Assembly (NCBI GenBank): GCA_010093815.1
Contig: ML996578.1
DNA length: 64,000 nt
Source of the DNA: Pseudovirgaria hyperparasitica
Taxonomy: Eukaryota
Reading direction: 5' to 3' (one strand)
How positions within the stretch are numbered: position 1 is the stretch's first letter; the number at the start of each line of letters is the position of its first letter. The translations under genes were made by a program, and so were the position numbers. Positions 49,759 through 62,522 of the stretch are shown piece by piece. The notes under the pieces are model-generated. The model was not told where the DNA came from. It did no database searches and worked only from the letters and a program-made list of their open reading frames with translations.

Positions 49759-52700
49759 ATGCCTCAGAAGACTGCAAAGGCCTCAAAGGCCTCCAAATCG
49801 GTCGCACAACACTCAAAATCGCACACAAAATCACACAAACGCTCAGCTAGCGTCGCTTCTATCAACGAGCCCAGAGACGACTCTCCTTCCAACGATGTAA
49901 CTCATCTTTCTCCTCAAAAGCGGCGTAGACATTCACAACGTACCTCTACCGTTGGTAATGCGCATTCCTCTGAGAACCCTGCCTCCGATGCCGTTGTCGA
50001 TGACCAGTCTCGATGTGGTCGTATGTCTGAGCCCAGGGTCGTCATTGAGACCACTCCACTATCTTCCATACAAGTCGACCGCCGGCGAACCCTGTCACCT
50101 GGTCTGCTGAGTAGCGTGAAGCAGAACGGTAATGAAATACAGGTTCAATTCTCCCCACTCAAAGGCATGTACGGCCCTGATGCTCGAACCCGCCGTCGTC
50201 TCGCTCGGAATCATATTAGTGAAGAGATGAACGCTATCGAAGAGCATACGAAAGCGGATTCCAAGTTGAAGCAAGATATGCGAGAACTTAGACAACAGCT
50301 CGAGTTACAGGACAAAGAGATTGCACAACTAAAGCTCGATCACGAAGTGGAACGCCTGAGTTCCATTGGTTCTTGCGAGCCTGAGCATGCCGAACCTATG
50401 AGGCAAAAGGCTGACTCTCTGAGACAGCAGCTCGAAGACCTCAAGGAGGCCCATCCCCACATAGACATTGATGCAGAAGATGTGCCCAATGCTGACGACG
50501 TGCGGTCTGAAGTGGATGACATGGACTACGAAAACGATCTAGCCGCTGAAGGCATGGACTTCGATGAAGTCGAGGATTATGAAGTCGAGGATGAGAACAA
50601 CATGGAAACTCTGGTCGGGTCAGACCCTCCACAGATGGAGTCAACCAAAGCCAGGGGAACTCGCACTACCCAGAGTACCACCAAAACCGTCTTGAAAACT
50701 TCGACAGTCAATGCAGACGTCCATGTCCGGAAGAAGCTCTTGGACCCGATGAGAGAAGTTGAACTGAAAGAGTATGAAGACCGCATCACTGAGCTGTATC
50801 AAGCTTCAGCTGAGAAAGAGGCACGCCTGGAAAATCTGATGATACAGTTGAGAGCTCTGGGATTTTCACATGGAGACCCTGAGGAGGTTGAGGTCGCGAT
50901 TCGCTCAGCCTTCCGCGATGCCCGATCCACGTTCAACGACGTCTTCCCAGATGACAATACGATCAATCTTGAGAACGGTGAATTCCTAGCAGCTATTGTA
51001 CAGAGATTGGAAAATTCCGAGGCCCAGAATCACAGATTCACAACACGTGTGAAGCAGACAATGGCAGAGATAGAGGCTCTCACAGCAAGCAACGACAATC
51101 TTGTAGCCAAGTATCAAGACCTAGAAGCTCGGAAGAAAGCTTTGGAGAAGAAGTGGCATGATGCAGATATCGATGCCGAGCAGAAGTCGAAGGAAATTCT
51201 TGAACTCGAAGACTCGAACGAGGCTTTGGAAGAGTTGTTGGCGGATCGGGATGCCGACAGCCAGGCTAAAGATGAAGCAATAGAAAAGCTTAAGAGTGAG
51301 ATAGAAGGACACGAGCAAACCATCGCTAGGCACATAGAGGTTCAGAGTCGACTGTTCGAGGAGCGGAAGAAGCTGGATCAGGACTTCCTACAACTTCAGA
51401 ACATGCTGAATGACATGTGTCAGAAGTTTGAGATTTCAGAGCAACATTTCAAGGTTGAAAAGGAGAAGAGACAAGCCGTTGAATGTGAGGCTGACGAGAA
51501 GCAAACGACTATCACGCATCTAGAGCGCCATCTCGAGCATGCGATGGAAAATCGTGAAAAGCTTCAATCTGAGGTCGCTTCGCTCAGTACACAGAATAGG
51601 AGTACCCGAGATCAGCTCAGTGCGACAAGTGAGGAACTGAATGACCAAAAAAACTTAACAGACACTTTGGAGGAGCGAGTAGCAGACGCCAACGACAAAA
51701 TCCAGGATCTTGAAACCAATCTTCATGAGCTTCGCCAACAGCTATCTACTCAGCAAAAGCAACGCGAAGTCGCCGAAGCAGACGTAGAGTCTCGTGATGA
51801 GACCATCGTCAGTCTCGGTGACAAGCTTTCGGCCGTTGGTAAAGAAGCCCAGGATCTTAGGAATAAGCTATGGGCGAAACAGAACCAGGTCGAAGAGTCC
51901 ATTCGGAACGCTACCGAGCGCGAGGCGCAGTATCAAAATGATATGGAAGTCGAGATTGAGCGTCGTGAAACGGCCGAGGCGCATTCCACAGATCTTGAGA
52001 CCACTATCGAAACTCTGCATCAAAGTATTGTGGATATTACTGTCGCCAAAGGCGCACTAGAATCGGAGATGAATGAGATTATGACTGCTCAGGCATCTCG
52101 CATTGACACATTGGAGACTGATCTAAATGCTTCCCGCGACCAGCATACAATACTCTCGGAGGAGTCCAAAGTACAAATTGCCACTCTTGAAGGCCAGGTT
52201 CAAGCTCTTGATCGTACTATCTCGACGTACGAGGCCAGCATTGATAGTCTCCAGACTAATGTTGAATTGGCAGAAACAGCACACCAACAAGAGATCGACC
52301 AAAAAGATGCTGATATCACCCAGCTTCATACTGTCCTCGATGCTGCAAAAGACGCGAACGCGGCTCTTCGTCGGGAGAACAATGTACTCGCGATGGACCT
52401 CGACAAGTCCGAGAAAGAACTCAACGACTTCCAGGCCTTGCACACGAAGGAGGCCATTCAATGGAGAGAAGATCTTGAGCTTCAGGAGGAGAAGTTCGAA
52501 CAGCTTTCGCGGACCGCGTCCGCCAAGAATGAGCAGATACAAAGTCTAACAAACACAAACACAATATTGCAAGAGAAGAACAGTGCACTCATAGAGAAGC
52601 TCCGGGCCGCCAAAGCTGCTTATCTTGATCAGAGTAATGAAGCGAACAGCACTATCGAAGCCCAAGAACGCGAGATGCGTAACGCTGTGTCCCGATTCGA

Positions 52701-52992
52701 ATCTCGAAAGACGACTTATCAGGAGCAGGCCTCGGCTCAGCGCGCTGTTGATATGAAATTGTTCGACACTGATGATGTCTATGTAACATATCTTGCCACG
52801 CCAAGCAGTACTCAGGACCTGCACATCAAAACATTTTCGGACGAAGAAGTGCCTGCCGTGAAGAGCAAGAACATGAAGAAGTCGAAGAAGATGAAAAGCC
52901 TCAAGTCTCGAAGCGCTTATCGGGATTCTGGATTCGGTGCAGCAAGCAGTGAGATTGATGAAGTCAACGATGTAGGAGTGACAGCTGTTTGA
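49759..52992 (+). CDS. Large coiled-coil protein of unknown function (about 1077 aa)
   Basis: Uninterrupted 3.2 kb ORF. Basic disordered N-terminus, QFSPL...ARTRRRLARNHISEEMN block, long E/K/Q/L heptad region and C-terminal RDSGFG. Confidence 0.85.
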   Translation: MPQKTAKASKASKSVAQHSKSHTKSHKRSASVASINEPRDDSPSNDVTHLSPQKRRRHSQRTSTVGNAHSSENPASDAVVDDQSRCGRMSEPRVVIETTPLSSIQVDRRRTLSPGLLSSVKQNGNEIQVQFSPLKGMYGPDARTRRRLARNHISEEMNAIEEHTKADSKLKQDMRELRQQLELQDKEIAQLKLDHEVERLSSIGSCEPEHAEPMRQKADSLRQQLEDLKEAHPHIDIDAEDVPNADDVRSEVDDMDYENDLAAEGMDFDEVEDYEVEDENNMETLVGSDPPQMESTKARGTRTTQSTTKTVLKTSTVNADVHVRKKLLDPMREVELKEYEDRITELYQASAEKEARLENLMIQLRALGFSHGDPEEVEVAIRSAFRDARSTFNDVFPDDNTINLENGEFLAAIVQRLENSEAQNHRFTTRVKQTMAEIEALTASNDNLVAKYQDLEARKKALEKKWHDADIDAEQKSKEILELEDSNEALEELLADRDADSQAKDEAIEKLKSEIEGHEQTIARHIEVQSRLFEERKKLDQDFLQLQNMLNDMCQKFEISEQHFKVEKEKRQAVECEADEKQTTITHLERHLEHAMENREKLQSEVASLSTQNRSTRDQLSATSEELNDQKNLTDTLEERVADANDKIQDLETNLHELRQQLSTQQKQREVAEADVESRDETIVSLGDKLSAVGKEAQDLRNKLWAKQNQVEESIRNATEREAQYQNDMEVEIERRETAEAHSTDLETTIETLHQSIVDITVAKGALESEMNEIMTAQASRIDTLETDLNASRDQHTILSEESKVQIATLEGQVQALDRTISTYEASIDSLQTNVELAETAHQQEIDQKDADITQLHTVLDAAKDANAALRRENNVLAMDLDKSEKELNDFQALHTKEAIQWREDLELQEEKFEQLSRTASAKNEQIQSLTNTNTILQEKNSALIEKLRAAKAAYLDQSNEANSTIEAQEREMRNAVSRFESRKTTYQEQASAQRAVDMKLFDTDDVYVTYLATPSSTQDLHIKTFSDEEVPAVKSKNMKKSKKMKSLKSRSAYRDSGFGAASSEIDEVNDVGVTAV

Positions 52993-53322
52993 GCTGTACT
53001 AGGTACTTGAGAACATTGTTTCGAGAAGTGCATCGGATGCTGATCTTTTTGTCTATCCATATCTCCTTTGTTGGGAGCAAGGCCTTGCGAGCCTGCTTTA
53101 TTGTGGTGAAGGATCACGACTTCCATTTCGGACAGCCAGTCGTAAGACATATCAATTCTAGCGTTGATTTCATGCATCGTTATACGCATCGAGCGTGGTA
53201 CTGGGTGATATGGCATAGCTACGAATATATCTGAATACACTTCCAACTCTCCTAAATTTCTGTTTCCCTTGATGCATATACAGCTTCGACCTACCCGAAC
53301 ACTCCGCTGGTGATCATGCTAG

Positions 53323-53721
53323 CTACAATTCATCCTTTTTGGGGGTCACGTCCATTAATTCAGTCTCAAAGATCAACACACTGTTTGCTGGAATAGGACC
53401 CACACCTCTCTCACCATACGCCCACTCGGGCTGTATCGTCAATTTGCGCTTCTCGCCCACACACATGTCAAGCAGACCCTGGTCCCATCCCTTGATAACC
53501 TGGCCACTGCCGACGTTGAATGAGAGAGGGGTTCCGCGATTGTAGCTTGCGTCGAACTCGCTGCCGTCGGCTTCAAGAGTCCCACGGTAGTGCACAGAGA
53601 CTTTGTCGCCAGTTTGAGTCTTGCGTTCGCAGGTGGCCGGTGAAGTGACCTCAATATTGAGGGGCTTATCGAGGGCTAGGGCGAGAATTGGAAGGGCAAG
53701 TATTGAGACGAGGGAGCGCAT
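53323..53721 (-). CDS. FPR2: ER-luminal FKBP-type peptidyl-prolyl isomerase (FKBP13/Fpr2)
   Basis: Signal peptide MRSLVSILALPILALA, VHYRGTL, FDASY, GQVIKGWDQGL, GEKRKLTI and C-terminal KDEL. Confidence 0.95.
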   Translation of the reverse strand: MRSLVSILALPILALALDKPLNIEVTSPATCERKTQTGDKVSVHYRGTLEADGSEFDASYNRGTPLSFNVGSGQVIKGWDQGLLDMCVGEKRKLTIQPEWAYGERGVGPIPANSVLIFETELMDVTPKKDEL

Positions 53722-54548
53722 GTTTGGATTATTTGTTGCGAGACTCGGGACTGGGTAGTGTTCGTTATTTTGCTGCGAGAGGCGGTTGCTATATTTTAAT
53801 GAGTCAGAATGATTGCTTTTCAGAGCATAATTGTTTTGTGGGTTTTTGTAGGACAATTAGAGTACTTACATGCTCAGTTTAGTAGGTAATGCAATGTTAC
53901 TGACGTATGCAAGAGGGAAGTTTGGAGAGGCGACGTTGCTTTTGGTGATGCTTTGACCGTTGGCGCTAGTATTTTCAGAGAACAGCCGAAGAAGCCCAAG
54001 GTTCAGTGAAATCTTGGCGCAATGAAATCCAGCATAACGCACCCTGAGATAGTAGAATCTACACATCAATTATAATTCATTTCTAAGCTTTACATCTATA
54101 TAAATGATATACGTTACTAGCTCAAACTTCAATATTCGTATGTTCCATATAAAAGATTTTATTCTTTTAAGAATCACGTATAATTCCTACGGAATCATAA
54201 AAAGATACAACGTTTTGTCTAGCGCCCGCTAGCGCCCTCACCAAAACCACGACGAAAAAACCACCTTTTGCGATATATTAAATTAACTAGGGCCTAATTC
54301 AAAAATCTGGTCCCCAGTTTTATAGCCCTGCCTGCGACGAGTATTTTCATATACTTTTTACCCTCTGTAGGGCTATACTCACGGACGAGATAGGTTTACA
54401 AGCCTCTGGTGTCGCGTTTGGTGGCAGGTTTAAGAGTTGAAAATTCGTATGTCTTGGCGTGGAGTATTAATCTTCCGGCGTGCCTAAGGCCCTTTTTTTT
54501 TTCTCTCTTCTATCCTCTTCCCCTATTCTCTTCCTCTATATATCTACT

Positions 54549-57500
54549 ATGCCGCCGTAAATAAAGAGAAAGAATATAAATATTTAAAAGTTACAGTAAT
54601 ATGTATTACCATCTCTACCAGCCTCCTTACAAAGTACCAGCTCTACGATAGACTAGGATACTCTACACCAATTTCTACTTATATCCTCCCAAGTCCCTTT
54701 ATTACGGCAGCATTCACGCTAACTTCTTCCCTCTAGTCCTCTATAACATCGAACTATTATCCCCTTTACACCCCGTCCTCCGCGATAGTCGTATCTTAAG
54801 AGCCAGAGCCGCTAACGTCGTCGCCGACTCCATAATGCCTTCTAATTATCACCCTACCACATCGCAAGTAATCCAAATACCCCCTAAACAACCCTATACC
54901 ACGCTAATAGCCTTCTATATATACTACGGCGCACTCTCTTTGGCGTACACCTAGCTAGACCTTAATCTATTTAAAAGCCAATTTAATTCAATCTGCGACA
55001 GTCCCGGATAATAGGTAGTTCTATAGGTAGATTAGTAAGTATTACGATAGATGAATACCCACTAGACGACGTGTTTAGAACTCCTTCTATACCATAGTTA
55101 GGACTAACGCTCGCCCTACGATAGCCACCTTTAGTCGTAGAGGAAGACTCCTCTCTAGACCCCCTATAGTAGACACCACGAAGTCGTTCGCGTAGAGAGA
55201 GTCGAATCGTCGTAATGTAGGAATCGCCGTCTCGACGACGGATACCGCCTATCCCTTACCAGCAGTCGCGTTATGACCAGGACTCTTCCTTAGATGCTCT
55301 CTAGTAAACACTATAAAGTCGTTCCCAGGTAGAGTATATCGTAAGACTAGCGTCGCCGTCTTAGCAACGTGTACTTCGTACCCTACGCCAACGGTTACGT
55401 CGTAATTAGGAGTCTTCCTTAGACTCCCTCTAGCAGATACCGTAACCTCAATCCTAGGTATACCAAATGCCTATGCGTTAGCGTCGCGAAGTGGTGAATA
55501 ATCGAGTACTATACTATACGACAGGTACCTACTACTATAAACCTAGGCCAGCTACCCTATGCGCCCGTATCACCCACCCTATCACAAGTGACTTTCGGTA
55601 TATTCTCTGCCGTCCAAGTACGTCGTGTAGGTTCTGTGATGCCTCCTTCTAGCGTGAAGAGGTTCCAGCGACGAGGGTAAATGGGGAGATTCGGATGCCT
55701 TGCTACGGCAATGGTAAAGTATAGATCCTAGTACTACCTGAATATCCCCCCGTCTTACGCGAGCTTCTCTTATAGACACGATAGACTCGGAATAGTACTA
55801 CTGTTTAGGACTACACGATAGAGAAGTTCCGATAGAGTATACGACACTATAACCAGTTAGTGTCATTTATTTCTACGAAGATCAACATTAAGAATGGCGT
55901 ACTACAGGATGCTCTCCTAAGGAATAGCTATTAAGGCGTGTATACTCTGGTCGCAAAGGGTGAGCTTCTCCATTTTATAAGTAACCTACGACTAGACCAC
56001 GACGACCCGAAGTATGCATAGCTATATATCTACGATAACCAGACTGAGCAGGGTAGGCTACGTCGTGCTGCGTTTTAGAATCTCCACGACGATATTTTAC
56101 GACGTATTAAGGAGGTTCTCTACCGTATAAATCCGTTTATCTAGACATTTCGTATAAATGCGTAAACACTACGCGACCAGCCTGCCCTTAGTCTTAGTAT
56201 TAGTATTATTAAAGACCACGACCACGACCTAAGGAGATGGAATACACTAAACTGCGACGAGATTATAGGACTCCTCCTAGTTGGGCCGTAGGGTGAGCCA
56301 GTTGCGGAGTAGCGTGATGTTATGCTCCGATACATAGATGGTACTCTACGCCAGATAAGTGACCTCCATGCGATATATCTCCTAATACGCTTTCTACTAC
56401 TCTTTCCGCATGGGTCGCTAGGGTAGAACTAGAACTACCCTGCGCACTAGAATCCCTATTATCCTCGAGGCGCAGGCCGCCGTAAGTAGGCTATAGCTAT
56501 TCTAGAGAGAGGTCGTGGTCGAGGTCGTGGTTAAGGTCGTGGTCGTGGTCGTGGTAATCGTAGTCGTGGTCGTGGTAGTCGTGCTATCGAAGATGAGCAG
56601 GCTCTAGTCTAAAATATCGCTACTAGGTGTGGATCTCGGCTTGGCCGTCGTGGGCATGAGTAGGAGCGTGTTAGCCAGTAGATGTGGTGGAACTGCTTTC
56701 TATAGCGCCGACCTAATTCTCTTAACCTAGTACTCTATGCTGGACGCCTATTCCATGAGGTCGTAATAGACGCATGGGCGTTAATCCAGGGAAATCGCCT
56801 TGCCTAGTGGTAGTAAAACCAGAGTAAGGTCCGTCGTGCACACTTTACTGGGCTCCTAGAGGCGCTTGGAAACTCTGATGTAACTGGTCGTGAGCTGGGA
56901 AGTACTATCGTGCTTGGGAAGACTTTCTATGGCGGGCCTCGGTTTATGCGAGAGCTATATTTTAATACAATGGCTATGGCGGCGTATAGTGGGCCGCTAG
57001 AGTTCTTTATTACTATGATATATAACCTAGCCTAGCGTAAGGTAATAGATGAGCTGGCGCTAGGAGAATTAGTAATAGACCGAATTAACCTCTACTATCG
57101 CGTTTTCTATATAAAGCTAGCGCAGCTCCTACACGACCTAACGAAGAGCCATGTCCTTAGGAAGTGTGTCGCGTACTGCTACTCTATTAAGTTTCAGAAG
57201 CGTGGACTACTATATGCCCATATTCTTATTATTACGATACCAGATGATCGCGCCACTTCTATCGAAAAGATTGACGCCGCTATATATGCGGAGCTCCTAG
57301 ACCCAAGCTCTAATCTAGTACTATTTAGAATCGTCTGTCGTACTATGCTATATAGGCCTTGCGGCGACGTAAATCAGTTAAGCCCATGTATAACGATAAG
57401 TAAGAGACATCCTAGTCGCCGTAAGTATCGCCATCGGTTCCCCTTTCCATATACGAATAAGACGTCGCTACCAGTCGGGAAAGAGCCATCCTACCGGCGT

Positions 57501-60190
57501 CGTGCTAGCGCATATACCTACCAGAAGAATGATAATTAGTATATCTACTCAAGTCGGGATGTCGTGCCATATAATCCTTACCTTTTAAAACGGTATAATG
57601 CGCATATTAATATCAAGTCGTGCCATGGTATGGACGTGTTTAAGTACGTATTTAAGTATATATATAAGGGCCTAGATATGGTAAATGTCCTTATATAGCG
57701 CGATAACCTGAATCCTTCTAGGTCGCACCTAGACCTAGGGTAGTAGGTATATATAGGTGGTGTACGGCATCGCGGCCGTGGTAATAGTCGTGCTCGAGCT
57801 AGTCGTTAGTAGTAATAGAGTTATCGTAGTACTGGCGTAGAGTATCCTCCCCAGGATTAGATTCTTAATAAGATAAAGGTCTTTGTTAACGCACGCTATC
57901 TCTCTGGCTGCGAGGCTATCTGCGGCATTATAAGTCTACTATCCCACGGCTAGTTCCCCCCTGTATAGGTACTTGCCGTGCATGAGGAGGATTAGTAAAT
58001 GGTTGTCTTCCAACACAGCGATAATGACTTACTAGGGAATATATCTATCCCGGCGCGGGCTGGGAATATAATACTAACTGAGTTCTTTATCGTAAACCAG
58101 TAGCGTGCTATCGCAGGGCTACCACGACTCTATTATATAGAGATTCCCTAGTATTATACCTGGATCCAGGATAAGGCATGGCGCGAGCGACGCGGTAAGT
58201 TCTCGATTAGTCGTCTACTCTAGGTGCCGTGGACAGCTAGGGAGGTATTCTATCTACGAACTCTGCTTCTCTATATCCCTGGGCAGGTATCATTTGACGA
58301 TATAAGGATATATAATAGTATAGTATATCCTATATACCGCGACGCATGTGCTGCACGAGGACTGCTTCATGATAATGGTAAATACCGGCTGGCACTTATA
58401 GAGATTATAGGTACTTAGCCTGTAGTAGGCCTACGATAGATATTTGCTATCATAGTATAAGCCAACGACTAAGGTAGTAATCGAGATCTCTAGGACTAGT
58501 TTAAGGATGCCCTTAGCGACGACTATATCCACTAGCTCCGTGAGTACTTCTAGGTCCCTAAGCTAATAGTCGCATAGCGATATGAGCTAGCACTCTGCTA
58601 TATTCGCGACTATCTCTAGTATATGGGAACGGATATGAACCGTGTCGCACTCCCTACACCAGCCTTTGATTAGCTCTACACGACTGCACCAGATGGAAAT
58701 CGTATCCTTTATGAGTAGATAAACTAGCGTCGTGATAACCTGGCGCAGTTTATTATATAGTATCTCCCTAGTCTGAACCAGGAGCAGCGACATGTATACG
58801 ACACCCTATTAGGCGCTATAGAGGCTGGTCGTAGGGGGGTCTTCTTCCTTGATGGGCCTAGTGGAATAGGGAAGATACTGGTATAGAATCTGGTACTAGA
58901 TATACTACGACTTTCTGGGAAAGTCGCACTAGTAACTGCCTCCTCTAGTATTACTGCGATTCTTTTACATGGTGGCACGATAGCGCATTCCCGTTTTAAG
59001 ATTCCCCTCTAGGTGGAGCGCGACACCAGCTATAATATTAGCGCTAGTACCCATCTTGGCCGTACACTCTGCGCCGTAGATATGTGTTTCTAGGATAAGT
59101 ATGTGATGTCGCATCGATATTCTATTAAGGCAGTAGATCAAACAATACGCGATATCCGTAATCAGGATACAGAGGCGTTTGGTGGTATGGTAATGTGCTT
59201 CTACGGCGACTTTCGATAGACTCTCCTAATTGTCCTACGTGGTACTCGGTCGTAGATTGTCCAATCATGCCTAAAGAACTTATATCTCTGGCCCCAGGTC
59301 CATATACTGCGCCTTACTATAAATATGCGTCTTTGGGCGCCTAGGATGACAGAGCGTCGTCGTGATAAGGTAGGGCGATTTACGGTAAAGGTTCTTGACG
59401 TTAGGAATCGCTCTGGCCGTAATAGATATACCGCTTGGGGTACCTAGTACTTTATACCTGGTCGCAGCCTAGATGTATTAGTAAGCCGAATCTTTCCTAC
59501 TATACGATAGCCTGGGGGTCTTACCTTAGAGGCCCTCTAATCATCTGCTATTCTTACCGTATATAACTAGAAAGTAGATGTGCTAAATGAATATCTACTA
59601 TCGTAGATACCAGGAGAAGTTATAACCCGATACTCGGTTAACGAACCAAAGGATAATAATAGTGCTAGCTTTACGATACTCGAGCAGATGAACGCATTTA
59701 AGGCACTAGGAATCCCACCACATGAGCTGCGACTTAAGATTGGATGTGTCGTGATATTACTACGAAATATTAATCTAAGTGATTGTCTCTGTAATGGTAC
59801 ACGACTTCGAGTATCTAGTATTAATACTAGAACTATCACGGCGTAGATCCTCGGTACACGACGACATGGAGAGATAGTCCAACTCCTACGGATACCATTC
59901 GTTGTAGAGAAGCTAAAGGATAGGATAGACTTCAAGCGACGCCAATTTCTAGTCAAGCTAGTATTTACTATAATAATTAATAAGTCGCAGGGCCAGAGTC
60001 TTTAGAATATAGGCCTTCTCTTAGACCCAGAGGTATTTGCCTATGGCTAGCTATATATCGCTGTTAGCCGCGTTACCAACCCTGAGGGTATCCATATTAT
60101 CCCACCTGATAATAATAAGTATATGCTAGATAGTATGCTAAGGAACGTCGTATACCCTGAAGTCCTTTCTACCTAGCTACGACGCTAGTC
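54549..60190 (+). pseudogene. Helitron Rep/PIF1-helicase (RepHel) gene, riddled with RIP stop codons
   Basis: Residues in brackets are restored by reversing C>T/G>A changes. FFITM(T)(C)N(P).(W) near 57003, (E)FQKRGL(P)(H)AHIL near 57190, YNPYLLKRYNAHIN and KYVFKYIYKG near 57570-57675. Walker A FLDGP(G)G(T)GK(T) near 58850, AHSRFKIP, GDFR(Q)TLP, PPHELRLKIG...LRN...CNGTRL, TINKSQGQS and (Q)LY(V)AVSRV. Confidence 0.93.
55146..55450 (+). repeat. Three degenerate tandem units of about 130 bp inside the RepHel N-terminal region
   Basis: GACTC(C/T)TC..TAGA..C.CT.TAG.A.A.AC-like blocks near 55146, 55281 and 55410. Confidence 0.6.
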
Positions 60191-60900
60191 TTGCTCAAAC
60201 TACTCTACGATAGTCTTAAGCATTTCCTCCTCTTCTGGTGCTATATTATCCTAGTCGTCCTATCGCTCTTCACGTAGGCATTATAGAAACCATCGCCTAT
60301 ATCCGCGATATGAATTATCTTGATCCCCACTTATATTTGAATTCTATCACGCTTCTAGTATTTTAATTAGACGTTTTCCTAGGTGCCGCACCTTCTATTT
60401 ATATAATATTCTCTTACACCTGTCGCAAAATGTGCTTACTAGTATATTTATGTGTTTACCACGGTAGTCGAGTCGCGTATCGATTAGTAGGGTTATAATA
60501 AGCTTAGGTACTCTATAACGGTTATAGATGCGGCGATATGCGTAGAGCTGCTAAAATCGAGATCGCTGTTGTTTGCGCCAGCGGTAGGGCCAAATAATTA
60601 CTATACCTATGTTATAGGATGTCGTAGATTAAGGAAGTTTCTTTTAATTTTAGGTGTTACACGTCGCCGTATAGTGGTAAGATTAATACCCTAAACTATT
60701 CTCCTTTAGGTTAGCGCTATATCTCCTAGACTTCACGACTATATAGCTAAAAATTTTAAAATCACGATACTTATCATATACATCTAGACAGAATAGATAT
60801 TAGAGAAAGAGCTTAGTATTTATCTATGTAGAAGTATAGTCGCAATATAGAGTAGTACCGCCACCACCCTAACTAACCAGCCATGTGGCGATAGTACTAT

Positions 60901-61858
60901 CTACTCAGAGAAACCCTTAAAGTTAGTATTAGCCTTAGCGTCGTTAGCACGTTCCTCCATCTCCTTTATAAGGTCGCGAAGTTCACGGGCGCGGCGGCGC
61001 ATGGCCTTAGTATCCTTAGAGTCAACAGCCTAGGCGATAGTCTAAAGATTAGACTTCTTTGTAAGACGGCGCGGCGCAACTGGCCTAGAGGTCATCTTTG
61101 CGGTAGACGACTGGCGTGAGTGGGAGGGTCCACCGGCGTGCATAGAAGCAGCAGAAGACTAACGAGAGTGCGAGGCTTTACCGGCGCGGGCAGAGGTCTT
61201 AGCTAGCTTTTCTAATTATTGGTTAGAGATCTTTATCGTAGTATAACCAAAAGAGATATAACTTACTTTTATCAGCTACGAAGGAACAGCGCGACCACTT
61301 GCCACCCATACTATAATTAGTATATCTACCACGACCAAATGATGCCTGGAGGCCGGAGAGGGGAATGCGGCAGGACTTAAAGTGGTGTTTGTTCTTACGA
61401 TAGGTCACACATGCCTTTATAGCAACCTTAGAGCGGATATAGATAAGAGCCGGGTGCCTAAAGTGAGGGCGGCTGAGATCGACCTTATAACGCCTAGTAG
61501 ATGCGACATTAAGCTGCGCCATCATTAGGATGAACTTCTTGATCTTAGCGTCATTCCCGGCGCGGAAACGCTCTAGATTTTCAATAGTAAGGCGCGCCTT
61601 AAAGTTCTTGCGGCCATCAGCTACATAGAGTTAGATAGTCTTCTTACTATAATGGTAGGTTGACTTACGAAGGATCTCTTCATCGTACTTACTATTAATA
61701 CCTTCATAGGAGCTCTCTATCTTAGGTGAGACATAGTAGTCGTCGTCGTGGGATTTTGGTGGCTGCTTTAGAGGGCTACGACCACCACTACCGCCACTTC
61801 CACTACGACTAGGAGTGCCAGTCGCGTGGCTACCAGGTGTATAGTTAACTATTGCTAT
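60901..61858 (-). pseudogene. Helitron cargo gene, Cys-rich (DUF3716-like), two introns, RIP-mutated
   Basis: Minus strand has GTAAGT donors near 61668 and 61265. Middle exon reads KACVT(C)RKNKHHF(E)SCRIP...FGRG(G)(C)(A)N(C)SMGGKWSRCSFV. A helical last exon ends GFSE*. Confidence 0.65.
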
Positions 61859-61970
61859 TGTCGTAGTAGGGATTGCTTAGTATAAGGGCCTATAACTTAA
61901 TATTAGCCGTGTAAGAGTAGAGGAGAAGTTGCTTTAAGGTTGAGAAAATCAGAGGTGAAGATTTTTTACT

Positions 61971-62026
61971 GCGCCGAGCTATAGCTTCGCTGCGCCGAGC
62001 TATAGCTTTACTACGCTAAGCTATAG
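61971..62026 (+). repeat. 21-bp tandem repeat (about 2.7 copies) in the Helitron 3' region
   Basis: GCGCCGAGCTATAGCTTCGCT unit twice, plus a RIP-altered third copy. Confidence 0.7.
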
Positions 62027-62470
62027 TAAGAGAGTAGAGTAGGGTATAGAAGGTATAGGAATGAAGTCGTGATAGAAGGGGTAACTTACTTTATTATTTT
62101 AATGATAAGGGCCTTCCTAGCGTAAAGTAGTGATAGTAGTAGCTAAAGGTAAGGTCGTAGAGAGATACCTTTATACTATGTAATATGAGCCCCGGATTAA
62201 TACCGGCGCCACCTTTAGTCGTAGTGAATAGGATATATTTCTATTATCACTCTATTGTTCTACTAGTAATGATATTATATAGTGTTCTACCGACGGCAGA
62301 GAATTTTCTTATTGGCTACTATTCCCTCCCTACGACGGATAAAGACCATCTATTGGCTATCTACTTATATGTAAGGGATGAGGTTTTAGATATATCGCCA
62401 AGAACTCACGATACTCCAGTTTAGTTATGGCCTAAGGCCGTATATATATCACGTGATATAGTCTCTTTCT

Positions 62471-62522
62471 AAGACTCCACTCCACGATACTATACTCTAT
62501 AAGACTCCACTCCACGATACTA
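62471..62522 (+). repeat. Direct repeat AAGACTCCACTCCACGATACTA (two copies, 30 bp period) near the Helitron 3' end
   Basis: Copies at 62471 and 62501. Confidence 0.75.

Noticed and set aside
56410..56421. ATGGGTCGC resembling a fourth MGR micro-ORF
   Set aside because: Lies inside the RIPed RepHel sequence and lacks the GYN continuation.
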